DNA of 64,000 bases from positions 173,204 through 237,203 of the forward strand of contig CAMKEH010000001.1 in NCBI GenBank assembly GCA_946411515.1. Reading direction: 5' to 3'. A program made the position numbers and the translations under genes. This DNA comes from an uncultured Clostridium sp. GTDB lineage: Bacteria; Bacillota; Clostridia; TANB77; CAG-508. Under the pieces are notes generated by a model, which worked only from the letters and a program-made list of their open reading frames with translations, had not been told where the DNA came from and did no database searches. Shown in pieces: positions 1-10,157 of this stretch (its first letter is position 1; the number at the start of each line of letters is the position of its first letter).

Positions 1-1
1 T

Positions 2-217
2 ATGTATGACCGCAAGCGGCATGAAGTAACAGAACATGACTTCAACTTCTGTGGAAAACTTTTTGCAAAGAATCCCGATTCAAGCTTAAGATTCCAGCAC
101 ATACTGGATTCAATGCTTCGGGAACCTATTCCTAAAAAGATTTCTGCAAGGCTCACAGATGACTATCTTGTCATCTACAGGCCTAATTATAAGGCCGAAA
201 TCCTGCTCTTGTTTTAG
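2..217 (+). CDS. 3' part of hypothetical protein (GC-richer than surroundings; probably truncated by window edge)
   Basis: Open frame from the window edge to TAG, followed by a bidirectional terminator. Has two in-frame CGG codons (17-19, 119-121). No recognisable motif. Confidence 0.4.
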   Translation: MYDRKRHEVTEHDFNFCGKLFAKNPDSSLRFQHILDSMLREPIPKKISARLTDDYLVIYRPNYKAEILLLF

Positions 218-221
218 GAGC

Positions 222-260
222 AACAAAAAAGGAGCTATTGAAAAATAGTTCCTTTTTGTT
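222..260. terminator. Bidirectional intrinsic terminator
   Basis: AAAAAA-GGAGCTATT-GAAA-AATAGTTCC-TTTTT between convergent genes. Confidence 0.75.
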
Positions 261-269
261 TTTATATAA

Positions 270-1817
270 TTATTTTGCATAATCTACAGTTCTTGTTTCT
301 CTTATGATGTTTACTTTTATTTGTCCTGGATAATCCATTTCATTTTCAATCTTTTTAGCAATATCACGAGCAAGTATTGTCATTTGATCATCAGATATTT
401 TTTCTGGTTTTACAACAATTCTTACCTCACGACCAGCTTGTATAGCAAAAGATTTTTCAACACCGTCGAATGAATCTGCAATTTCTTCCAAGTTTTGTAA
501 TCTTTTAATATATGCTTCTAGAGTTTCTCTTCTAGCTCCTGGTCTTGATGCAGAAATAGCATCTGCTGCTTGAACTAAAACAGCTTCTAAGGTTTGTGGT
601 TCAACATCACCATGATGAGCTTCAACAGCATTTATAACAAGTGCATTTTCTTTATATTTCTTTAATACTTCTACACCTATTTCAACATGTGTTCCTTCCA
701 TATCATGATCTAATGCTTTACCGATATCATGTAATAATCCTGCTCTTCTTGCAAGTTTTGGATCTAGTTCTAATTCTTCAGCCATTATTCTTGCTAAATT
801 TGAAACTTCAATTGAATGATTTAATACGTTTTGTCCATAACTTGTCCTATATTTTAATTTTCCAATTAATTTTACTACATCTGGATGAAGTCCTATAACT
901 CCTGTTTCTAGAACTGCTCTTTCTCCTTCTTCTTTTATAGTATTTTCTACTTCTTCTTTGGCTTTTTCAACCATTTCTTCAATTTTAGAAGGATGAATTC
1001 TTCCATCATCAATTAATTTTTCAAGTGCAATTTTTGCAACTTCTCTTCTTAAAGGATCAAATCCTGATAATACAACAGCTTCTGGAGTATCGTCAATTAT
1101 TAAATCAATCCCTGTTAATGTTTCTAATGCTTTTATGTTTCTACCTTCTCTACCGATAATTCTTCCTTTCATTTCATCGTTTGGAAGTGCAACAATTGAT
1201 ACTGTTGTTTCTTGAGAATGGTCAGCAGCACATTTTTGAACTGCATAACAAAGCATTTCTTTAGCATTCTTTGTAACTTCTTCTTTAGCCTTTTGTTCTT
1301 GTTCTCTTATTATTGCAGCTTTTTCAGCGGTTATTTCTTTTTCCATTTCTGTTAAAAGTTTTTGTTTTGCATCTTCTTTTGATAATCCTGCAATTCTTTG
1401 AAGTTCAATAATTTCTTTGTCATATAATTTTTCAAGTTCTTGTTTTTGAGCTTCTACATTTTCAAATTCTTTGTCTAATTCTCTTTCCTTTTTTTCAAAG
1501 TTTTCTGAACGTCTGTCTAAATTTTCTTCCTTTTGAATCAATCTTGCTTCTTGTTTTTGTACTTCGCCTCTTCTTTCTTTAATCTCTTGATCTAATTCTT
1601 TACGAGTAGCCATTGCTTCTTCTTTGGCTTTAAAAATTTCTTCTTTTTTTAGATTCTCTGCTTCTTTTTTTGCTGAATCTAATAATCTTTTTGCTTCGTT
1701 TTCGGCTCCTTGTATTTTAGACTCTGCAACTTTCTTTCTGTATGCCATTCCAATTGGTATTCCGACTGCAAGTGAGATTAAGACAGCGGCGATAGTGATT
1801 ACAATTTGCATAATCAT
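270..1817 (-). CDS. rny: Ribonuclease Y
   Basis: N-terminal TM helix, coiled coil, KH motif [14 protein letters not shown] motif LLHDIGKA. Confidence 0.97.
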   Translation of the reverse strand: MIMQIVITIAAVLISLAVGIPIGMAYRKKVAESKIQGAENEAKRLLDSAKKEAENLKKEEIFKAKEEAMATRKELDQEIKERRGEVQKQEARLIQKEENLDRRSENFEKKERELDKEFENVEAQKQELEKLYDKEIIELQRIAGLSKEDAKQKLLTEMEKEITAEKAAIIREQEQKAKEEVTKNAKEMLCYAVQKCAADHSQETTVSIVALPNDEMKGRIIGREGRNIKALETLTGIDLIIDDTPEAVVLSGFDPLRREVAKIALEKLIDDGRIHPSKIEEMVEKAKEEVENTIKEEGERAVLETGVIGLHPDVVKLIGKLKYRTSYGQNVLNHSIEVSNLARIMAEELELDPKLARRAGLLHDIGKALDHDMEGTHVEIGVEVLKKYKENALVINAVEAHHGDVEPQTLEAVLVQAADAISASRPGARRETLEAYIKRLQNLEEIADSFDGVEKSFAIQAGREVRIVVKPEKISDDQMTILARDIAKKIENEMDYPGQIKVNIIRETRTVDYAK

Positions 1818-1942
1818 ACACCTCTTTCTTATTTAATTTTCAATGTTCGAATAAAATATATATATTATTTGTTATAATGTTTTTAATATATTTTTTCCTA
1901 CTATTATATTTTAACTTTATTATTGTAAACTGTCAAGTAGTT

Positions 1943-2849
1943 TTAATGAACTTCAATGGTTTTTCCATCAGAAACCATTGTTATTGTTCCTTTTTCGGAA
2001 GTCACATAAATTTTTGCACCATTATTTATCAATCGTTCTAATATTTTTTGTTTAGGAAGTCCATATTTGTTGTCTTTTCCCGCCATTATAATTGCATATT
2101 CTGGTTTTACTTGGTTTAAGAAACTTTCTGAACTACTTGTATTAGAGCCATGGTGTCCTACTTTTAATACATTAGTTTTTTGCCAATTTCTTGTTTTTTC
2201 ATTTTCAGTTTCTCCGGTCTCCCATAAATAAAAAACTATTATCACCATATTCTAATCTAACTATAATTGATGATAAATTTAAGTTTTTTTCATTTAAAAT
2301 ACTATCTGTCATAATCTCACAATTTGAATCTCCAATTTTAAATGCATCTCCTTTTTTAGGTGCTGTTACCTTTAATCCTTTATTTTCGATAGCATCTAAT
2401 ACATCTTCAAATGTTTTTGTATTTGTTTGTATTTTTGGCATATAGACATTTTCTATTTCTAAATCACTATTAATAACATCATCTAGACCACCTATATGAT
2501 CTGCATGTGGATGTGTTCCTATCAAATAATTAATTTTTGTTATTCCCTTTTCCTTAATAAAATTTACTACATCTTTTCCATTTTCATTATTTCCAGCATC
2601 AATTAACATAGTTTCATTTTTATTTGATACTAATATACTATCTGCTTGTCCAACATCTATAAAATATACATTTAATTTATCGGTTAATACTTGAGATGTA
2701 CTATTAATATTATCACTACTTACTTCTTTAACTATATTTTCATTTTGTGTATTATTTACATTCATTAATACAACTATTGATATAATTGCAAAACTAATTA
2801 AACCTATAAAAATTTCTACACTACTTTTGTTTTTCTTTTTTCTCCCCAT
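1943..2849 (-). CDS. ComEC/Rec2-like metallo-beta-lactamase-fold protein (301 aa after +1 shift at CGG 2214-2216)
   Basis: DVGQAD, THPHADHIGG, then FLFMGD|GETE and LKVGHHGS. The two track ORFs join by skipping the C of GAC-CGG-A. Confidence 0.88.
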
Positions 2850-2861
2850 TTTTAATCCCCT

Positions 2862-3215
2862 TTAATTCCATAAATCATTCATCTTTTTTTGTATTCTTTC
2901 TTCTACTTCTTGTGTTTCTATTTCATCAACAAAAAATTTTCCATTTACTCTCTTTATAATATCTCCAGGCTTAATTTCTTCTGGAAGCATCTTTTTTTCT
3001 ATATCATACATTTTATTTGTTTTTCTATCTTCTAATACAACTATATTTTCTTCTATTCTATCTACTGTAAAGCTTTCTACTGCATCTAATTTATTTGCTA
3101 ATTCTATTTCATCTTGTGATATATTATTATCTTTACTTTTTATTTCTTCTCTACTTACTTCATTTTCAATATCACGACTATTTATCAGCTTTTCTATATT
3201 TTCAAAAAGATTCAT
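2862..3215 (-). CDS. DUF3006-like protein
   Basis: TVDRIEENIVVLE...LPEEIKPGDII pattern; this family typically lies next to ComEC-like genes. Confidence 0.7.
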   Translation of the reverse strand: MNLFENIEKLINSRDIENEVSREEIKSKDNNISQDEIELANKLDAVESFTVDRIEENIVVLEDRKTNKMYDIEKKMLPEEIKPGDIIKRVNGKFFVDEIETQEVEERIQKKMNDLWN

Positions 3216-3364
3216 TATTTCTCCTTTCCTATCCTTTATACTTATAATTTAATAACATATTTTTATACTTTTTTCAATATTTCTTTTTCATTTTCATAAA
3301 AATAAAATTGCATTTATAAATCAAATACTATTAATTTCAATTTTAGTGAATTTTCTAAAAGCAA

Positions 3365-3393
3365 TTGACATATACTATAAAATGTAGTATACT
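3365..3393 (+). promoter_or_regulatory. Sigma-A promoter for a short non-coding transcript
   Basis: TTGACA-17 bp-TATACT. Confidence 0.75.
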
Positions 3394-3399
3394 ATATTT

Positions 3400-3473
3400 A
3401 GCTTAAGCAAGAGAGTTGTTCGTAAGATGACTATTGCTCGAGATATGTTGACCACATATCTCTTTTTTTTTTT
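3400..3473 (+). ncRNA. Candidate antitoxin sRNA (about 70 nt)
   Basis: Lies between the promoter and the hairpin GAGATATGT-TGACC-ACATATCTC-T11. Contains 13 nt complementary to the start region of ORF 3504-3608. Confidence 0.6.
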
Positions 3474-3503
3474 GCAAAAAATAAAGCGGTTGACCAAACC
3501 GCT

Positions 3504-3608
3504 TTAGATTAGTTTCGCACTAATCATGAGTGTTTTGACTATCTTTTGATTATTATCACTTAGTAATAACAAAACAATTAGACGCCAAATTAATTCGTAA
3601 GATGACAA
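3504..3608 (-). CDS. 34-aa hydrophobic peptide, candidate type I toxin (MSSYELIWRLIVLLLLSDNNQKIVKTLMISAKLI)
   Basis: Strong RBS AAGGAGGTGA, TTG start, terminator AAAGCGGT-TTGGTCA-ACCGCTTT overlapping and directly after the stop. Not in the ORF track. Confidence 0.6.
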   Translation of the reverse strand: MSSYELIWRLIVLLLLSDNNQKIVKTLMISAKLI

Positions 3609-3805
3609 ATTACTCACCTCCTTAACACAAAGATTTCCTTTGATGAAAAGGATAAAACTATGATATAATATTTATTTAACAATTACAAGCGAACATTTAA
3701 TATTTTTTACATATTTTTCCAAATTCAATTGTTTTCAATTTAACGACATATTGTTAAATTAACTATACAAAAAAATCTGTTCTAAAATTCGAACAGATAC
3801 GTTGT

Positions 3806-3888
3806 TGGTACCGATGGTGGGACTCGAACCCACATGGTTTCCCGCATGATTTTGAGTCATGTGCGTCTACCAATTCCGCCACATCGGC
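3806..3888 (-). tRNA. tRNA-Leu(CAA)
   Basis: Cloverleaf GCCGATG...CATGA-CTCAAAA-TCATG, long variable arm, GGTTCGAGTCC, encoded CCA. Confidence 0.96.
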
Positions 3889-3950
3889 ATATAAAAATAT
3901 GTACTAATATATATTAGCACATATTTTATTAATTGTCTAGATTTTCTTTT

Positions 3951-6269
3951 CTATTTTTCTTTTTGTTTTTTCATTTCTGTATCATATTCAAAAACATTAA
4001 CTGTTTTTATATTTGTTTTTGAAAAATCATGATTTTCTTCGAATTCTATTATTCTAAAAGTCGTCTTATTTTTTAATTTCATTTTTAATTTACTTACATC
4101 AATTAACATTTTTGTAGACAAATCTTGTCCAACTGGTAATGTTTTATTTTGATTGTCATAGAAAATAGAGTTTGTATATGCTATTCCATTTGTTCCTTCT
4201 TGTATATTTAATTTGTAAAAATTTATCTTTGTGCTCTTGTTATTTATATTTTCTCTAATTTCTTTTTCTGGATTTATATCAAATATATTTATTTGTCTAT
4301 CATCTATTTTTTCTTCAGGAATCGCTTTATATAAAGATATATTTTCTGGTATTACTGTTTTTGTTAAAGCCTCTTTTACATTAGATATTACTCTTTCTAA
4401 TGATAATTTAAAACTTATATTTTTTGTATTTTTAGTAATTTCTAATATATTAAATTTATCTTTTGGAAGTTCTCTATGTTTTTTATTATTTATTTTTGAC
4501 ACTTTAGTTGCATCTTGAAGCATTCCACCAAAAATATCAAATTCATCACTATCAGATAGTGTTTTTTCTTCAATAGCCTCTTTCTTTAACTTAGCTAAAA
4601 TATTTTCTACATCTTTTAGAAGAAAATCATTAATTTTTATTTTATTTATTATATCTAAGATATTTGTTGTTGTAATATATAAACTATCTGTTTCATCTCT
4701 ATTCAAAGCTTTTCTTTGCATCTTATCCATTGTTTTTCCTAAAGTTTCTAAATCTTGTTCATAATCAAATACTTTAGTTACTTTTTTTATTACATTAACC
4801 TCTTCCGCTTCACCTTCAGGAAGAGATGCTATTTCATCTTTATTACTATATTTCCAAAACTCAAATATACTCTTTTTATGATTATCTATTTCTTGTATAA
4901 AAGCTGTTGCATTTTCTATTTTTTTCTTCATGTTTTTATTTTTTAGTTTTAATGCATTTATATCCATAACCAAATTTTTTAATTCAGTTTCTTTTTCTTC
5001 TATAACTTTATATAATTCTATTATTTCTTCTATATTATAATTTTTTTTCTTTTTATTCCTTTTTGGAACTTCTTTTAATTCTTCAAAATTTTCTTCTACT
5101 TTTTCATCTAGAACTTCTTGTTTTACTTTTATCTTTGATTTATTATTCTTTTTACTATATTTAAAATAATATTTAAATTTACCAAAAAATGTTTTCTTAC
5201 ACTCTAAAAAAGTTGATATTTGTTTTTCTTTTGATAAATATTCTATTTCTTGTTTTGATATTTCTTCTTTTAATTTTTTCAATTTAACTTGATTTTCTTT
5301 TATCAAATCTTCTGCTACTTTTTGCTTGTCTTCTCCTAATTCGTATTCATCTTTTAGCCAAGCGGCAATATCATCATATTCAATTTTTTCCTCTTCTAAA
5401 AAGAATTCTATTTCTCCCTTTTTACTTATATTGGTGGTAAAATTGAAATAATGCGGTAATTCTGTTTGCAGAATAAACATCGCTTTTAATAATTTGTAAA
5501 ATTTCGTCGCATCTTCTTTATCTTTTAATGTCTTTTTATAATAACTCTTTATTTTTTGGTATACATCTGTTTCTCCTATAATCTCAACTGTTAGATTATT
5601 TGTCTTATCATATACTTCATATATTAATGGCCAATCTTTTGTAAATAGCCATAAATAATTTTCTATATCTTCAAATTCTGATTTTGCAAAAAATGCACTA
5701 CTATACTCTACATTTCTTATTGGTACAAATATCTTTTCCCCTCTGTTTTTTTCTATTTTTCTTTTTAATAAATAAAAAAATGTTGAATAGTCTGAATCTT
5801 CTGTTGGAACAAGCATAAAATAAATACCTGTATTTTCAGAATAATATATTTGCCATAAATAATTATTTTCATATTTTACTTTAAATGGTATTTTTTTATT
5901 TAAATTTCTTTGTTCTTCTTCTATTTTTTCTATATCTGCTATATTTACTTGTTTTAGCATATTTAAAAATGTAGAATGTTTTATTATATTTTCTTCTTTT
6001 ATGTTATCTAAATAGTCTTTTAATGGTGATGATTTTTTATATTTTTCTTCTATATCATCTAATCTGTTTGTTGGCGATAACATTATTTGTATGTCTTTTA
6101 CTGGAACATATCTATATTGTTTATATTGTTTTTCTTCATAAAATTTAGGGATTCTAAATTCTAATGGCTTACATTTTTGTAGTTCTTTTGGAATATTATC
6201 TAAATCCAAACCTAAATATTTTAATTTTTCTTCTATTCTTTTATTTTCTTCTACTATTTTTTTAGGCAA
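3951..6269 (-). CDS. Large hypothetical Lys/Glu-rich coiled-coil protein
   Basis: 772-aa ORF with RBS AAGGAG; no motif recognised. Confidence 0.75.
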   Translation of the reverse strand: MPKKIVEENKRIEEKLKYLGLDLDNIPKELQKCKPLEFRIPKFYEEKQYKQYRYVPVKDIQIMLSPTNRLDDIEEKYKKSSPLKDYLDNIKEENIIKHSTFLNMLKQVNIADIEKIEEEQRNLNKKIPFKVKYENNYLWQIYYSENTGIYFMLVPTEDSDYSTFFYLLKRKIEKNRGEKIFVPIRNVEYSSAFFAKSEFEDIENYLWLFTKDWPLIYEVYDKTNNLTVEIIGETDVYQKIKSYYKKTLKDKEDATKFYKLLKAMFILQTELPHYFNFTTNISKKGEIEFFLEEEKIEYDDIAAWLKDEYELGEDKQKVAEDLIKENQVKLKKLKEEISKQEIEYLSKEKQISTFLECKKTFFGKFKYYFKYSKKNNKSKIKVKQEVLDEKVEENFEELKEVPKRNKKKKNYNIEEIIELYKVIEEKETELKNLVMDINALKLKNKNMKKKIENATAFIQEIDNHKKSIFEFWKYSNKDEIASLPEGEAEEVNVIKKVTKVFDYEQDLETLGKTMDKMQRKALNRDETDSLYITTTNILDIINKIKINDFLLKDVENILAKLKKEAIEEKTLSDSDEFDIFGGMLQDATKVSKINNKKHRELPKDKFNILEITKNTKNISFKLSLERVISNVKEALTKTVIPENISLYKAIPEEKIDDRQINIFDINPEKEIRENINNKSTKINFYKLNIQEGTNGIAYTNSIFYDNQNKTLPVGQDLSTKMLIDVSKLKMKLKNKTTFRIIEFEENHDFSKTNIKTVNVFEYDTEMKKQKEK

Positions 6270-6291
6270 TTTATATGCTCCTTTCAGTTAA

Positions 6292-7215
6292 TTATTTTAT
6301 TATACTATAGAAATTATCAAATTCATATCCTTTATCTCTTAAGAAACTAATAATTTGTGGCAAAGTTTCAGCTGTTACACTTTTTGCTGCAGCATCATGC
6401 ATAAGTATAACTACACTATTTTTTTCTCCTACTGTATCAGAAAGTCTTTGCATTTCAAATTCAGGTGATAAATCATTTGTTTCTGCATCTCCATTTAATG
6501 CATTCCAATCAATATTTACAATATCATTTTGATTAAGCAGTTCTTTTGCTTCTTGTTTTAGACTAGCATATTTTCCACCAGGTAATCCTCCTGGGAATCT
6601 AAATAAATGTGAATTATATTCTGGATTACCTATTGCATTTCTTACTTTTTCATTACAGCTATTAAATTCATCTAAAACCGCTTGTGGAGATGAATATATT
6701 TGTGAATACACGTGGGAATATCCATGATTTCCAATAAAATGTCCTTCATCATACATTCTTTTTACCATATCTGGTCTATAATCAACATTTGATCCTAATA
6801 CAAAAAATGTTGCTTTAATTTTTTCTTGTTTCAGAGTATTTAATATGCTTTCAGTTACAGGTGATGGTCCATCATCAAATGTTAAAAACACTCTTTTTTT
6901 ATCTGATGTATAAATATTTTCTATATTTTGTCTACCTAAATCTGTTAAAATTGGATTCCTTTCTTTTTTTATTTTTTCTTCCTCTTCTTTTATTTTCTTT
7001 AGTCTTTCTTCTTCTTGATATTTTAAAACACTGCTTAATGTTTCATATTGTTTATATACTTCATATTCCTTTATTGTTATAGAGATATTGTTAATAGTTA
7101 AAATAATACAAATTATTAATAAAATAGCTATAAGTATTATAGCAATCATTTTAAAATTTATTTTCTTTTTACTTCTAAATTCATATATGTTTATATTATC
7201 TCTATCTTTTACCAT
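6292..7215 (-). CDS. Membrane-anchored polysaccharide/peptidoglycan deacetylase (NodB/CE4)
   Basis: LTFDDGP, GNHGYSH, FRFPGG, ILMHD motifs; N-terminal TM. Confidence 0.93.
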   Translation of the reverse strand: MVKDRDNINIYEFRSKKKINFKMIAIILIAILLIICIILTINNISITIKEYEVYKQYETLSSVLKYQEEERLKKIKEEEEKIKKERNPILTDLGRQNIENIYTSDKKRVFLTFDDGPSPVTESILNTLKQEKIKATFFVLGSNVDYRPDMVKRMYDEGHFIGNHGYSHVYSQIYSSPQAVLDEFNSCNEKVRNAIGNPEYNSHLFRFPGGLPGGKYASLKQEAKELLNQNDIVNIDWNALNGDAETNDLSPEFEMQRLSDTVGEKNSVVILMHDAAAKSVTAETLPQIISFLRDKGYEFDNFYSIIK

Positions 7216-7334
7216 ATTTACATCCTTCTTTTATTTGTACTTTTTATATTAAATTTTATATTTCGACAATATTATATACTATTTTTTTAAATTTTAGTAG
7301 TATATTTTAAAAAAAACTCCAAATAATTGGAGTT

Positions 7335-8946
<1,612 letters not shown>

Positions 8947-9118
8947 TCATGGAATATATTACCATAATTTATAATAAATATCAAGAGTTGTTTTTTATTG
9001 TTTACTATAATTCACTTTTTTTATATAATTTTAACTTTAGATTATAAAATTTTCACACTAAAAAGAGAACCCAATTACTGAGTTCTCCCTTTCCGTAATT
9101 TTGTAACAGTGGACAGTG

Positions 9119-10000
9119 CTACTTGGTAAGCTCGAGTAAACCAACACTAGTGTATCTAGTAATGCTCGGACCAATATCACGCCCGACGCCAGTCAACGGA
9201 CAATCGTAACCAATCTCGTAGTAATTACTACCGAGAAGCGAAAAGCCTGAACTTGATTCTGAGTCCTTTACGATTTTGTAGGTATTCCCTGCAAATCCAT
9301 AAAGTCCTCCGAGCTGGCGTTCACCAGTCTTTTCAAATTCATGTTTTGCATCTTTGCTGTCCCGGTAGTGTCCGATTTCTTTAGAATCGTCCGCTAACTG
9401 CTCGATGGTTGCAAATCCATCCTTCAGAAGTCTTAACAACAACAAGAAATATGTTGTTATTGAAGCCATCCTGCTTCCGTTTTCAGGAGAGTAATTCTGG
9501 AAAGCTTCTTCCCAGTTATAGCTGTTAAGATTCCTTAAAACGTCTTTTCCTGCAACATACTGCGGGTTGCCACTATCATCTCTTGAAGGTTCATATACCG
9601 GTATCCAGCGGAAGCCTTCCTCAGGCATATTTTCCAGAGCCTTCATAACATCTGCTTTGAATTTTTTCTGCCTTGCTGTGACAAACTCACGCTTTTTACC
9701 ATCCTCTGTATAGAGAATATCATCGTCGGTTAAATCGCCGAAGTAGAGATGCATAAATTCATCTCTGCCATCTTTGATTTTACAATACCAGTACGGCAAG
9801 CTTTCTTTCTTATAGACTTCTGTTCCGCCTATAAGTGGTGTAGGCTTTGGTAATGCTTTTGAAACTGTTTTTGATGCATTGACAGTATCAATAGCAGTTT
9901 CTTCAGCATAGATAATCAAGATACCCCCATCTGTTACTTCTACCTTCCGGTACTCTGCACCGTCGGGCAAATTAATACGAATTGCTTTTTCTTTTTTCAT
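9119..10000 (-). CDS. Hypothetical protein with C-terminal FGE/C-type-lectin-like region, possible DGR target
   Basis: GC-richer ORF with RBS AAGGAGG. GGLYGFAGNTYK resembles the FGE-family GLYDMxGNV motif. Has its own terminator at 9061-9092. Confidence 0.55.
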   Translation of the reverse strand: MKKEKAIRINLPDGAEYRKVEVTDGGILIIYAEETAIDTVNASKTVSKALPKPTPLIGGTEVYKKESLPYWYCKIKDGRDEFMHLYFGDLTDDDILYTEDGKKREFVTARQKKFKADVMKALENMPEEGFRWIPVYEPSRDDSGNPQYVAGKDVLRNLNSYNWEEAFQNYSPENGSRMASITTYFLLLLRLLKDGFATIEQLADDSKEIGHYRDSKDAKHEFEKTGERQLGGLYGFAGNTYKIVKDSESSSGFSLLGSNYYEIGYDCPLTGVGRDIGPSITRYTSVGLLELTK

Positions 10001-10157
10001 GATGAATTCCTCCTTCTTAAAGTATAGAAAAAGTATTTGTATTATTCTCTACAAACATAATAAGTTTGTACCTAAATTTTATCAAATTTATAAAGAAAAG
10101 TCAATTTTATGTTAAATGCGCCTGCTAGTCAATATATTAAAAAGTCAGAATTATGAT

